A stretch of 63,936 nucleotides of DNA, counting the filler, from Platydemus manokwari (lineage: Eukaryota): the NCBI GenBank assembly GCA_037951405.1. It is 6 parts of 6 records of this genome, joined end to end, with 100 filler letters (N's around TTAATTAATTAA, not from the genome) between each part and the next. Parts side by side here need not be neighbours in the genome. Positions count along the whole stretch, not along the records: positions 21,733 to 35,169 come from JBBMOY011724732.1; positions 35,270 to 44,668 come from JBBMOY011254985.1; 4 more parts are not named here. One strand, given 5' to 3'. Below, in pieces: positions 26,656 through 41,314 of this stretch (positions are counted from its first letter, which is position 1; each line of letters starts with the position of its first letter). The translations under genes and the position numbers were made by a program. The notes under the pieces were generated by a model that worked only from the letters and a program-made list of their open reading frames with translations, was not told the DNA's origin and ran no database searches.

Positions 26656-29600
26656 TAAGATATTATTTTATTATTGCGCATTATTAACCATATTCTGACT
26701 TATTTAAAATTGGGTATCTAGGCTGATTTTGATAGAGAATGTGAGGTTTGAGTTGTTGTTTGGGATGTTTAATTGTTGTTTGGCCCGGATTGCGACATTG
26801 AAATGTGTGATTGTTGCTACTGTAATAAATAAACAAAATAAATGAGTAACATGAATGTAAACTAAGTTTAAAATAATAATTGCATATTAACAAGCTTAGA
26901 ATAATAATTGAGTGGTAATTAAATGAGAAGACTTAAGATTAATTGTTTTGGGTTTTTTCTGACTTTGACTGCTGTTCTTCAACAGATTGGCGTATAGAAA
27001 TAATAATTATTATTGAAATGTAAAAAATAACTTTCACGATTTCGTGAAGTAATTCTAGTTAATAAATTGTAAAAATCTTTAAAAATAATTTTTCTTAAAT
27101 TTACTAATTTGAAAATTTATCATAACTATGATTAATATTTCCTCAATAATATCGTGTCTAATAAATATCAAGGCCAGCTGTTTTTATCATCGAAAATTTT
27201 CTTTTATGTAATAAATTTAGTAGACGGAAATTTCTATCTACCAGATTAAATCATGGCATATAAAATATATTCACTGCATTAATTTCTGTTTAGGCTTCAA
27301 TTCGTTTTATTTTCTTAAACTCGATTGTAGTATTCTGTGATCACTATTGACTTAATAAGTCTCAAGGAGTTCTTATTAAGGCCACATATGCAATTTCTGT
27401 TATTTAATTTCACGGTTCACAGCTGTATTGTATGAAGGCAATATTCTTCTTATTGGTTTCTGGTAGAATGGGCCTCCTACTCTGTTTACGTGGCAATTTT
27501 TATTGAACTGCATTTTTTATTGTCTGCATTTCTCTAATAATTCCTGGGATTTAATTTTATTTAACTATCATTTAATTAGTGTTTAATTTATTAGATTGTC
27601 AGAATTCTGACATTTAAAAATCTCATGGATTGATTGAGGTTTTAATTTTCCTAGTTTTTTAATATTTGTTTTAAATACAGGGAGTTTAATTTATAGGGGA
27701 TTTTTATTTAATATTTGAATTTTATTTTAATAATGGAATTCCTTCAAATTCGTCCTAAAATCATTCTTCTGAAATAAATCAACTATTTCACAAGGTTCAT
27801 AAAATAATTGTTTTTTTACATAAAATACGATAATTTTTATACCGTTCATAATGATGGAATCGTAATAACCTGTTTCTAAATTGTATTTGTTGTGAATTAT
27901 TAAAGATAATTCAATTAGTTTAAACTCGTTGAATGATCTACAATTTAAATTTGATATTTTTTAAAATCACAAGAATGGCGATTCTACCATGGTGATTAAC
28001 ATTTTGGATCACTAATTCATTAGAAATTATTTGAAATTAGTGTGGGTTTTATTGCGATTATTTGAACTATTAATTAATGTGGGTTTGGAGTATATTGTGG
28101 GTTATGATAACCCAACTACAATAATATCCCAATAATAATTTAACATCCAGCAATTAGAGTATTAAAACATTTACAATAGAATAATTGCTTATTATAATAA
28201 AGCGTGTGTTCTCAATAAAATGATTGTTTATATTCACCGTCATTTAAATTTATGACGAGCCTTACAAATTCCTAGATGAAGTTCTCCTTTAATAGACTTC
28301 ACACTCTTTTCTCTTTCCAATTATACTAATTGTTTTTCATGGGTGACCGAGCCTATATTCCTTTTTATTATCTTTATTGTTTATTATTGTTTAAGGGCAT
28401 TATTTCATGTATTATTTGGAATATTTCTGTTGTTACGAAATATTGTTATATTCGTTGATTGTTAATTTTTTATTAGGGGACTTATTACCTTGGATATTTA
28501 CAAAAAATTTATTCTAGTATTGAAAATTATTGCTATTCATCGTTATATTATCCATTTACAGAAATTCTATTCAAAACTATTGTTGCTTATTTCTACAAAC
28601 TGCACTAACTATTTAAGAAAAATTCGATCTAAATTTGTATTTAAAAGTTCTTTGTATAACTTTTAGTACAATTGTTCTTTTAATCATTCAACAATTCTTG
28701 CTCCAAGACAGTAATGAATAAAAATTGTCTTTTTACACTTTAACAATATTGACACTAATTTGTCATAAAAATCGTTACATTACGATATACATTGATACAT
28801 ATTATTACATTACAGTATAAGTTGATTAATCATCTTAAAGGAATAATAATCATCTACAATTAGATTTATTATCCTCGTTGTTTAAGTCATAGTCAAGTTA
28901 ACAAAAATTTATCAAAACAGTTCTGTTATAAGTTAGAAGCTTCCACATTTCAATAGTGACTTCTTTATCTGTTTAAATTCTTCCATTGTTTATTTTTTTC
29001 TTGACCTCCATTCTTTTCTCTATCTCTTTAACTTTGTTCTTTATGTTATTGATCTGTCTTCTCCATCCTGATCAGCACATTGTATTTACTGCTCCATTAC
29101 AGTAGACTTTTCAATTTTTTCTATAGCTGTGGAAATAATTAAAACTCATTGAGATTAATTAAGATAAAATCAAGATTAAAATAAAAAATAATGAACATAA
29201 AGCCCAAGCATAACATTCTGCTTTGTTCAAAATTGTTCAATTTATAAAGTTATTTTATTATATCGAACAGATAGTTTTATAAACATATATTTTAAAACTC
29301 ATGAAAATAATTAAAGGAAAATAGCCAGATATACACATCAAATTAAATAAACAGACGAGAAATGTTATTTGAGAAATTAAAGTCAAAATCCAGTTTTTAT
29401 CTTTACCAACTTTAGTCATAAATTGGAATTTGATCAATTTGTCTAATATGGATTTGTTGTGTTGGAAGGTCTGTTGAATGATTGAATTGATGTCTATGGC
29501 AATTCATGGACACTATTATTTTGGACTATTATTTATAAAGATTCAAATGGGTTTCCAGATTCGGATAAATTTATACATGTACAAATTCAAATGGGTTTAT

Positions 29601-32600
29601 GGAAATCTATCCTAGAAAACAAATAAAAATCTTTGATATCATTTTATAAAATCTTTTAAATTTAATTTTTTAAATCTTCACAGGCACAAATGTTTATGAT
29701 AACAAAGAAGGTTGTTAACTAAATCAATCATATTATCTGTAAATTTACAGTAGTGAACGAATTGGTAAATTACATTATAGACTGTTTCTTACGATGTCTA
29801 TTGATGTTATCATTTGATTGATCAGTGATTTGTCAAATATTCACAAAATGATTTGTGTATTTTCATTTTCGATGTATAATAGTAAAGCATTACATTGACC
29901 TTTAAAAATGAGTGAGTTGGTTTTAATTGGCATTGAAAGCCAAAATGCAGAAAAATCAGTGCAAATTAAAATTAATTGTGTTGGAGATTCTTAGTGTTAT
30001 CCTGCTATTGGCTCAATCAGTCATTCAGGATTTAAGCACTGACAAAGAGTGTGAGTGGCCATTAGTCTAGTTTGAAAGTTAGAATTCAGATAGTGAAGTA
30101 ATTTTTTAGATATAAAATTTATTTATAAATGTTTATTTACTAATGGCAACAATGATATCCGATACTGCGGACGAGAGAGGAATCATAATAAGCTCATATC
30201 ATTTGTTTTATTTAATAGTTAGTAATATAATAGTCGAAAATTCGTTGTCATTTCACCACCTTTATAGTTGTAATAGATTTTTGTCAATATTTTGAAAAAT
30301 TGATTGGTATACGGTCTTCAATACGGAATTTCTGTCTGCTTTATCAGACAGTGTTTAATCGTCGATAAATTCGTAGGCTGTTATTTTCACTCACTATGTA
30401 TTCTGTGATGATAATTTATTCCAAAAACGAGCATTATTCACAAAATTCGGCAATGATTTGTATTTATTTTTTATTTTTATTTCTAAATCAATGCCAAATT
30501 ATGTAATTATATCATTAAAAGAATAATTTTATGAAATGTTTGGTTAAAGTGGTCTTGTGTCTTACTGATACTCAATTATTAATAAAAGTGTTCTAATTTA
30601 AGATTATGCTTTTAATTTGATAACTTTAGAATATTATTATGACTTTACAGCCGATATTATTGAGCTCTTTTATTTATAGAATACCTGACTCCAAAAGATG
30701 TATGTATAAAAATATGAACGAGTTTATGCTAATAAATAACAAATAAGATAAATGGTATTATAATTGAAATGACAATCTTTACAAATGTCTTAAAAATAAT
30801 GTTTAATAATAGATAATTTATCTATTATTCTAGCCAATAACCAGAACGCTTTTAAGTTGATAACTTTTTCTTATTTTGATAGACTGTTTAAATAAAGTAG
30901 TGATTTTATTTGGGTTCTTAGGATCGTAAGAATTATCAGTGATTTTGTCGGTGGTTAGCTCTAGTGGCACTGTAACCACTATACGTTTGACTGTTAGTGT
31001 TCTTGAACCGAAATATATTAAATATATTTGGTCAAACTAATTAACTGAAGTGAATTAATCTTCCACGAATTAACGAAAGCGGCTTGATCAATTTTTAATA
31101 TCCTTGAACAAAAAATAGTAGTTTTATTTGGTTCCACTTTTTGTTAATTTATTCGATAGTTCTACTTCTTTTTTAGGTTTTTCTCTTCTTATACGTTGAT
31201 TTAATCCTAATATAGTTCGAAGAGATTAGCAATTGATTTTCTCGGTGAAAGATTAGTCTATTAAAATTGGCAGTTTGATTAGGCGAATTAATTGTTTCTT
31301 GATAAATTAAAATTTCTGATTTAATAGTTACAGGAAATCTAATTTTTATCATTAGATGAGCGATATTTATTTTTCTTTTTAATTTAGGAGCTAACTTAAT
31401 AAATAAATTACCGCTTATATATTGATATTTTTCTAATTTTATTTTAATTATTTTTTATACCATTTTAAGATATTATTATTATCTTTTTTATTATATATTG
31501 GTTATTTTTAGTATATTTATTAATTTATTTCTATTTTCGCGATTTATTTTGATATATTTTCTTTTGTTGTTCTATTTTTAGTTTTTATCAGTCAGTTCTT
31601 CGAAAAAATTTGTAAACATTTTGCTTCTTAATTAACTTTTAATTTATTCTTATTATCATTTCTTTAATTACACTATTATTATAAGTTATAATATTATTGT
31701 AATAATGTAATACTATTATTTTACCCAACGACCCCGAGAGGAGTCAAACCAATTTCGCAAGAGCTTTTGGATCAAACACGATAAATATGAAGAGTATGTT
31801 GTTGTTAATGTAAATAGCTGATGATTTCAAAACTACTGAATCTTACGGTTCTTCTTATGATGTAGAACTGAATAATTTTCACAAAACAATATTAATATCA
31901 GATTGATCTTCCAATTTTCCAATGGGTATATAATTGTCTAAGATGCTTGAGGAATGTGGATAGCTTGATCGCTTACGCACATGAATTTTCTATTTACGAC
32001 CTTTTTGAATAATTTAACTATTCCTAGTGTTTTAATAATGAACTTGCTAATTGTAACACGCGGTTCAAGAAACTAACTATTTTAGCCTATTTATACTATT
32101 TATTTTAGGGTTAATTCCTTAATAATGCAAGCAAATTATTTTATTTCAATGGGATCGTTTAATTTATTCCGGGCTATTGTTCTTACAATATTGTTCTTTA
32201 TTTCTATTTCTAATTTTATTTAATAGAATATTTTGAAAATGGGTTTTTATTGTCCAGTTAAATACGGGTTATTATTTTATTATATTCAATAGAATTTTAT
32301 GAATAGATTATTTCATTGCAAGGTAAAATAAATTTTGATTGTTTCTATTTAATGCGTGTTGATATTTTATTAAGGGAATTAATTATTAGCTTATCCTTCC
32401 TTTTGGGTTTATTTATTATTACAATAATAATAACTATTTTATTCTTTCTATGAACAATTTAACCAAGAAGCTTGGTGATTTAAGTTATCTCGCACTATAT
32501 TTGCATTTAAAGTGGTTTTTACTAATGCAATTTCTAATTTCTATTGACAATTTCTTCGTCGTTAATTTATTTATAAATCGAAATAATAAATCGATTTTGA

Positions 32601-34129
32601 ATTGTTCATAAAATTTTCCAAAAATTGTATTTTAAAATTCCAATATCATTGAAAATATAATTTTGTTAAGTTTGGAACTACTCTAACTTAACGGCTCGGT
32701 CCTATCCTACTTATTTAACTACTATTCAAATTCCGGTGCGCACTACGTAAAAACAACTTTCTGATTAAGTTATATTTATAGGACACTTTACACCGATATA
32801 TAACACTGAGGGATCAGAAGTTCATTAAAGTCATGATACTTCTTCTGAATGCTTTAGCTCAGAATCTACTCATGGCTAATATTACACAATAATTCTCTAC
32901 TATACAGATTAGCGCACTGCTAATACTTAAACAAATTACTTCTAAGATACTTTTAATTCCATACAACTACACAATTGCAGGCCAAGCTACTACAACAACA
33001 AATAACATTTTACTTTTGATTTTTCTTGTTGAATGGATGAAATTAAACAGTAAGCTCGCTCTTTATATACTTATTTTCACCATGTACATCCTTCTGTGTG
33101 CATCATGTTGATCATACTTATTACAGAATGAACTTCCTATTTATTTATTCTAATTACCGGATGTGAGCGGTAATCTTTATTATTATCTGCAAATTCCATA
33201 TTTGCACTATTTTATTAACCTTAATAATTATTTATTAATTTAACCTTTTTAAATATTTTATTTTTAATGTCATGTTCTTAATTAATGGTAGTTTAATTCT
33301 ATTCTTTTAAATATCTTTTAATTTTATTTTATATAGTTATATTTTGGTTATTATCACATTATATTTAGCTTGTTTATTCTTTATATTGTATTTTAATTGT
33401 TTATTCTGTTTTACTTTATCTTTTATACTCATTTGATTTATCTTTGTTTCTTATTTTTGAACTAATCAATGTAGTTCTAAATTGAATATTATTCTTAAAA
33501 ATGAAATGTTGAAAATCATAAATTCAGGTCATAAATGAGTAAATATAATAAATAATCAAGGTAAAAATACAGAGAAATACAATACATATATTTAAAATAA
33601 CTGTCAGTTATATCAATCAATTAAGAACAGAAAACATAATAACGATTAAAATAAACTGAAAGATTGAACGAAAGTTATTCGAAACTGTTTTAAACAATTT
33701 CCATAAGTTTTCAACTGACCATTTGTGACCATTTTAAGCTTTTTTGATTAGTCATTGTAAAAACATCAATATAATCATCAATTTATCAATATGTTTATTA
33801 ATACAAGTATTGATTTTAGATACCACCGCGAGAAAGCGGGATAGAGTTTTAAAGTTATTTTCAAAAAAAATTTTTGTTTTTAACTTATTAAATTTCGTAA
33901 TTAATTTTTTTTATTTCAGATATTAAGGATTTCGTGTGGGAATCTTTGACTTAGTTAATTAATTTATTTTCATCGCTGCGAAGAAAGTGGGATATAAAAG
34001 AGGGATTAATTTCATTCTAATTCATTCTTATTGTAAGCCGCTACTATTTTATTAAAAAACACGTCGAAAACGAACTGAAAAGACTCGACATTCAATTCTA
34101 TTTTAAAGACAATTATTTAAAAAAATAAA

Positions 34130-34235
34130 GAAAATTTAATACCAAATTAAATTCAATATAAATTTAAATTCAATTTAAAATCAAATTCAATATAAATTAA
34201 ATTCTATACTAATTCAAATTGAATTCAATTTTATA
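34130..34235. repeat. Degenerate AT-rich minisatellite (aaattcaatataaatt-like units)
   Basis: aaattcaatataaatttaaattcaatttaaaatcaaattcaatataaattaaattctata. Confidence 0.6.
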
Positions 34236-35169
34236 TTCTCACAATTTCCTTTTCAATTTTCCTCATCCTCTGATCAATGAACCGCTAGGAATGCGATAAG
34301 ATCATCTTTGGTCGACTTACTTAAAATAAAATCATTAGCCATTTGTTCTATCTTGTTGAAAAACACTTCTGACGATTCTGATTCTCTTCGGCACTGAAGA
34401 GCTTCCATCCATTCTTGTGTCAATAATTTTTTAACAAAGACCTTTCACAACCTTTCCTCATATCCGTTAATCTCCTTTGAGACTGCCTTATATTCAACAA
34501 TCGTGCTCTAGTTTGTAGATCAAATAAGACTAAATTTTGCGTCAGTTTGGTGAACTTCCTAATATGAAAATATCCGTTATAGCTTTTGATGAATTATTCG
34601 ATGTCAATCTCCAGTCTGTATTTCTACGGCACATGAGGGATCCATTTAAGTGCGTCGTTGCTATGTTAGCGGCAGTGCCATCGTTTAAATGTTGAAATGT
34701 TGACATAATTTTGTAAAATATGGTTCCGTTAAACATTTTTAGGAAAGATTGATTTAGTAATTTCAAAAATAGCCATCGGCTTCGTTAATGGTACTTTTAA
34801 TAATGACTATAGTAAAGATAATTTCATAAAATTTTCTAGGTTTTCGTTCGGTATTCTTGTCAGCTTGAAAAAAATTAGTAAATCGCATGAAGTGGTCTCT
34901 ACAGGATGTTAATAACCATATTTAATAAGTAAATATTTTGTTGTTGTTGACGTTTATTAAGAATAAATATAATTACTGGGAAGGTAGCAAGGAAGCTATC
35001 TCTCAATATCGTTATGTCCTGGTAGGTTAAATAATATTACTTTAGACATGTTATTTAAAAGAGCTCAGAAATTATGCAAACTTGAAATTTGTTCATGATT
35101 TACTTTAAAGAATTATTATTAAAATCTGACTCTAGTAGGCGTAGTTCTTTAATAGAAATATTACACTGT

Positions 35170-35269
35170 NNNNNNNNNNNNNNNNNNNNNNNNNNNNNNN
35201 NNNNNNNNNNNNNTTAATTAATTAANNNNNNNNNNNNNNNNNNNNNNNNNNNNNNNNNNNNNNNNNNNN
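35170..35269. other. Artificial concatenation spacer
   Basis: N44-TTAATTAATTAA-N44. Confidence 0.95.
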
Positions 35270-35470
35270 CTTTAATAACTTTTTGAATTTTTTATTTTAG
35301 TACTTAAGTAAAATTTTAGTTATTTAGAATCAAATAATACATGCATAGGATTTTTGAAATCTCCTAAAAATTAATTATTTGAAAAGCGGGTCAAAGTAGG
35401 CCAAAATGCAATTAATTGAAAATTAGCGAGTGCCCCATTTTTAACATTAGAATCAATCAGATTAATATCT
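35270..35470 (-). mobile_element. Partial copy of TTAA-flanked MITE family; matching opposite-end fragment at about 36110-36180
   Basis: tttgaatttt...gtacttaag...tttgaaatctcctaaaa...agtagg aligns with 8650-8780. ggtcaaaggacccttttcttaacttaagccg is the reverse complement of the family 5' end. Confidence 0.6.
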
Positions 35471-37452
35471 AAGATTTATTTTATAAAAAAGTGACTTCGA
35501 AATTATTGAGAATTGCCAGGAACAAGGCACTTGTGTTTTCTCTCAAAATAAGTATTTTAATATCTATTTAATAGATTGGATACATAGATCCCAAATCTGT
35601 CGATGTTGTAATTAAATGAAGATTTGATCCAATCAAATAAATCGTACAGGTGAAGATGCCACACATATATAATTTTCAAAATTCATATAGGGACTTGGTT
35701 CAACAATTCAGCCTTGTCTATTTTCAACTTTCTTAATAAAGTACTTTTGGTGCACGGGGCTCACACAAGAAAATTATATTTACATAATGATATCCATTAG
35801 TAAACTAATAAGAAACAAATATTTACAATTTTTATTAAAATAAAAACCAACAATTCAAAAATTATTAATTGAGATACAACAAAATCTGTAGATTACTCGC
35901 AATTTAAGAAATATCTTGCCACAGAAATATATATCCAGCCCTAAGTATAGTTGTAGAAATTGTCGAGGAATATTTTGAAAATTCCAAAAATAGTAGCGGG
36001 CGTCGAATAAATGGTTTTTGCTTGTTAGAGTTCAATTTAGGTTATAAATCTAAAATAGAATTTTATGCAAAAATTTCTTTAAAATATTATTACAAATAAA
36101 TTTTAATGTCAAAAAGCTCGCGAAAAGTCATTACTTTAAAATTTGGTCAAAGGACCCTTTTTCTTAACTTAAGCCGAAATCTTTTATTGGCTACTTGCAC
36201 ATGTACGATATGCATGGGTGTGTTACTTGTGATTCTTTTCAGGTTCTTGACAGTAATAGTGATATTAATAAATTATTATAATTAATTATAATTAATTAAT
36301 CAATATTCACCAAAACCAACCTTAAATTTGAATTGATATTTCATTGATTTATTTTGCATACAATTCTAATCAAGACTGGAAAATCAGTTCTGAAAAATAG
36401 AAATTTTAAATCCTGGCTAAATAATAATATTATTAACAAAGAATCAATTGATGTGTGAAACCAATTGTTTCACTGTCATTCGTAATTTCATCTTAAATTT
36501 ATCATTTTATTTTTCATATATTAACAAATTGAGAACATAAAATGAATTTCGTCTATGGATTCATCATTTTGTTTATAAGAATCGAAAAATTATTATTATT
36601 TTTGTCACAGTTTCCTATTTCATTAAGTTGAGCGATAAAATTAGATATTATGCATATTTATATCGTAGTTTGTTAACAATTTTTTTTGCTTCGTCATCAT
36701 CAATTTTTGAAAAACTTAAATCCATTCACCAGTGATTTAAATTTTAGTAAAAATACAATAATGATCTCCGAAATTTAATCGAAATTTAATAAGAGACTTT
36801 TCTACTTATAATCATAGGATAGGATCTGAAATCTATCATTTGATTATTATCATCTTGTTTAATATAATTAATTAGCATCATTTGTCGTCATTTTATAAAG
36901 ACTTTCACTTAGAAATTTTATTATTCGAAATGCCCATCATTTCTATTAATAGAAAGACGATTTCATTTCACACCAAATAGTGAACAAACTCCTATTTTTA
37001 TGCAGCGTTCTTTTACGTCTGAGGATGACAATACTTCTTTTCTGTGATTCTAAAGCAAGTAATCACCGGGTTGTTAAGTTGGGCAATCTCATAGTCAACT
37101 ACTAAGGTTTTACACAGAGACTAATCCACAGTTTGTGAATGTTATGAATAAAATATCATTTAACAAGTAGGTAGAACTTCGAAGAGCTCAATACGTATAT
37201 GAGCACACTCTTAAGTAATAGAAAATGTGGGAACACGTTTAAAGGAATGAAGAGATGGTTTTTACGATTCACATTTGTCCTAAACAAATAGTTTTGAATA
37301 TTCAATAAATTAATAAAGATTTTGTTTGGGGGATTAGTTAAGGAACTTACTACACACTATTATATCTCTGACAATATTAATAATATTATTAATAGTTATA
37401 TTTATTTATAGATTTTTTCCATTTTTATGAGCAGGTATTATCTATCATTATC

Positions 37453-38781
37453 ATGAGCTTCATCAACAACAGTGTATATTCTCGATACCCAACTAACATC
37501 GAATTTCGAATGAAATTCTTGGATCTGGCAGCCATGTGTCATAGATGGATCACACCTGTTTTACTGGTTACGGGATTTATTGGCAATTCTGTATCATTCC
37601 TTATATGGACAAACCCTCGAATCAAAAGAAATAATTCTTCAGCTACTTATTTAGCGGCTCTATCTCTCAGTGATCTTATTCTTCTCATCACCCATTTCAT
37701 GCATTACTTGAAATTCGCCTGGCGAATTAAAGTATTTGATTATGTTGGAGTTTGTGAAATATTCCAAATGGTGTATCTCATGTTTCAATACAATTCTTCA
37801 CCACTTGTTTTGGCGTTTACTTTAGAACGATGGATTGCCGTCTGCTACCCTTTTAAACGAGAACGATGGTGTACATCTAAAAGAGCTTATCTAGCAATTA
37901 CGTTAATATTTATGATAATGCTTTCAATAGGAATTGTACAGGCGTTCGGTTGGACTACTAAAAATGACCAAAACGCTTGTAAATTCCGAGAAAGCTGGCA
38001 GCATAGTATGCTTAATCAAGGATTTACTACGACAGTCGAATTCCTTATGTCAGCTGGTGTTCCAATCTGTACTTTAGTTTTTAATATTTTAGTGATTTAT
38101 GAGTTGCACTCTATCGTTCTGAATCCACTGAAACAGCCAAAGGATAATAATGCGAAATTTATAAAGATGAATGAAACAAATGCGGGTGACAAGAAGAAAA
38201 TAACATTTTCGTCTCAGAGTCAAATCAAAACCGATCGTTATGATGATAATAATACAGAAAATTCCACCCTTATAAATACACCATCAGGTTCCACCAGCAT
38301 TAAACGATACACCTTCATTAATGATGCTCATAAATTCCAACGAATCCAATCTAGTGGTGGAGTTAATTTCCGATCCACGACCATTATGTTATTGAGTGTT
38401 TCCTTTTATCAGATTTTCACAACTCTACCATCGGGAGCCGTGTATGTGTCGCAATTTATCATTTCTGGTGGCAATGAATTTCTGACTGACGATGAAATCG
38501 AACAAGATGTCAAATGGAGAGCTTTTTTCCGCTATCAAACCGTAAAAGAATTTCTCGATCTGTTTTCATTGACCCATTACTGTTTCAATGTTTTGATTTA
38601 TTTGTTGACTGGCAGACAATTCCGAAAGTATCTTCTTCAAATTTTGAAGTTGGATAAATGTGTCGATGGTGGAGATAGCAATAATAAAACGATATCCAAT
38701 ATTAGATCGAGTATATATGGAGGAGGATGTGGTAACACGGTTATTGCAAATCCAATCTATAAGAAAACTCCGAATTGCTGA
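37453..38781 (+). CDS. Rhodopsin-like (class A) GPCR, orphan peptide-receptor type (FMRFamide/sex-peptide/myosuppressin receptor-like), 442 aa, intronless CDS
   Basis: Seven hydrophobic segments. GN in TM1, LAALSLSD in TM2, Cys at the TM3 start, AFTLERWIAVCYP (DRY variant), VP in TM5, TTLP in TM6, NVLIY..GRQFR (TM7/helix 8). Confidence 0.92.
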   Translation: MSFINNSVYSRYPTNIEFRMKFLDLAAMCHRWITPVLLVTGFIGNSVSFLIWTNPRIKRNNSSATYLAALSLSDLILLITHFMHYLKFAWRIKVFDYVGVCEIFQMVYLMFQYNSSPLVLAFTLERWIAVCYPFKRERWCTSKRAYLAITLIFMIMLSIGIVQAFGWTTKNDQNACKFRESWQHSMLNQGFTTTVEFLMSAGVPICTLVFNILVIYELHSIVLNPLKQPKDNNAKFIKMNETNAGDKKKITFSSQSQIKTDRYDDNNTENSTLINTPSGSTSIKRYTFINDAHKFQRIQSSGGVNFRSTTIMLLSVSFYQIFTTLPSGAVYVSQFIISGGNEFLTDDEIEQDVKWRAFFRYQTVKEFLDLFSLTHYCFNVLIYLLTGRQFRKYLLQILKLDKCVDGGDSNNKTISNIRSSIYGGGCGNTVIANPIYKKTPNC

Positions 38782-41314
38782 TTAATATATACATAAAGAT
38801 AAACATTTCCTATTCGTTGTTTGTAAGTCATCTTGCGAAAAACCTTGCCGTGTATCATGAATACGAATATTTATTTCGGATTTTATTAAATATTTCCTTT
38901 GAGCTCTGTTTTTGCTTTGAAATATTTTGTATTCGATTCTATTCAGTAAAAGATCATATTATTTTTACTTTTATTAAGCAAGCCATTCATAGATTTGAAT
39001 CTCGATTCACTGTCAAATATAATCTTTATCGAAAAATGAATATCATATACATTTATCTGCTTGTTATCTCTCTACTAATATAATCAATCGAATATTTTGT
39101 CAATCAATATACTATCTGGAGTAATAGAATTAAATTAAATAAATTATTTTTTTAAAATATCATTCCTTGGATTTTAAATATCAATTATTAAAAGCTACGA
39201 AAGAATATATTATATCTTTATTAATTTAGCTAAAAAGAAGACGTCTATTTTGTATATCTTAAAATAAACACTTATGTTTCTTCTTTACTTTAGTTTTCTC
39301 CTCTTTCCGGACAGTTTACTTCACGATATCGACTTTTCATTTTGAAAGTAATATTTTGTTTCAAAGCTCAAAAATGTTTGTTATCTCTTTGAATTAATCA
39401 AATTCTTCGCCATTGAATTTTTACGATAAAATTTTTTAAAATTTATGATTTCACATAAATTATTGTTGGTTCTTTTGTGACTTCATTTCTTGATTGGATC
39501 TGAAATGAAATGAATTTATAAACGTTATTATTATTTCTGGTTATACTTTTTGCTATCATTCGAGTGATTATTTTATGATTACATTTCGATATTTCTGATA
39601 TTTGTGTTGATAGGATAGGAAAGAAATTTCATGAAATCATTGGATTATTTATATGAGGAAAAGCTCGAGCAGATCGGAATTTTCCCATTTTGCAATTCAA
39701 AAACTGTTAAAAATTAAAAATAATTTTACATTGCTCGGTGTTTATTTTTAAAAACACTGATGGGAAGATCGGAAATATTTATTACTTACGTTGTTTTAAT
39801 TAGTGATTATTCCATAAAGAATTAATTATCATCATTTTGTGATCAATGATAAAGTGATCTAGTTGCGATCAAACATAGACAAACAAGAACATCGAGTAAA
39901 TTGAGAAATATAATTCAACCGATAAGATAATATATAAATAAAGTAAATAAATAAATACAATTTTCTCAGTTATATTATCGATGTGTTGGAAAATTAACTT
40001 TTAAGTAGGTTAATTGTAGCCCACTTATAGATGAGATAAAATTATTTATCAGAAATATAAGCTGTATTAGGGGGAAAAATTCCTTTATTCTGTGGTAAAC
40101 GATTCTCCCTGATTGCAACTGTTCAGTGTCTCTATTTCTCAATTGGAAATCTTCAATTAAATCGATGATAACATTGGGATGAAGAGAGAGTGAAATAAAA
40201 AATGGAGAAATTAATTAGTTTGTGAAACAATATATATAGCGATTATTTTTTGCTTTATTTTCAGTCCCAGTTGTAAGTGGTTTGAGAGCTTTTTTTCGAA
40301 CTTTTATCATCACAACATTTCCAATCATCAACGTAACATTTATAATATTACTTTTAAATGAAAAAAAACAATGGCTGTTCGTGGAAATAATGATAACAAC
40401 GTATATATGGAATTATGTTCCTCAGTAAAAAAGATTTGGCATTGAATCATCCTTATCATTGCCACTTTTATTAATAATTACTATCTGTTATAAATATTAT
40501 TACTATTATAGTTATAATTATGAATATTACTACTAATATTAATCGAGATAGAGAGAGAAACCGTCGCCCTTGATCATTTTGTAGGATTCTTATCAATTTC
40601 TAGCTGCTATTTCACAAAACAATTGTCGGACAAGAGAAACGTATTTACATTTATAATGTTACATTTATAAAAGGAACCAGACGAGTATTTTTATCTTAAT
40701 ATTTTTAACAAAAATCCAAACATAGTAGTTACAATAATATCTCGAAACAAAAACTTCTCGAATTATAAATAAAGATATTTAATTCCATAGTTATCATCTG
40801 GTTTCATGAATTCGCTATCTTCTAAAGAGTTAAGTGCTTCAAAATTAAAAGAATAAACTTTTCAAATATCTTCCTTAACAAAGAAATTCACTATAACCAC
40901 AAGAATATTTATATGGTAGAAAATTTTTCATAAATATATAACTATTGTTATTGATTATTTAAAATCAATTTCTAATATTATAACAATCTAACTCGAACTA
41001 ATTACAGATTTGGTCAAGAATATTTTGATATCAGTATTATTTGATAAATTTATCAATTATTATTCTAATTGATGTTGTTAATTATCAAAATTTATTCTCG
41101 AGATTTGAATCATTTTTTATAAGAACAAAATATATTATTTATTACATCACTTTTCAAATAAATTTATTTAAATATAAAAATTCCCACATTTTCATATTAA
41201 ATGTTTTTTAACAAAAAATTTGATTTGATTTTAATAATTTGTAAACTGAGATTTTAACAGTATTGTTTGGCAAAATCTTTGATTTTAATAAACATTAATA
41301 CGGTTAATTTATTT

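Noticed and set aside
30947-31012. tRNA/SINE-like sequence (TAGCTCTAGTGG A-box look-alike within a GTGGTTA/TAACCAC stem)
   Set aside because: No convincing B-box or cloverleaf, and no second copy seen
34270-34900. Minus-strand decayed coding-like stretch, possibly LTR-retrotransposon gag
   Set aside because: Only a vague resemblance, with no zinc knuckle, protease or LTR identifiable
38775-39083. 102-aa ORF directly after the GPCR
   Set aside because: Non-ATG start and an F/I/L/Y-biased composition typical of AT-rich UTR sequence
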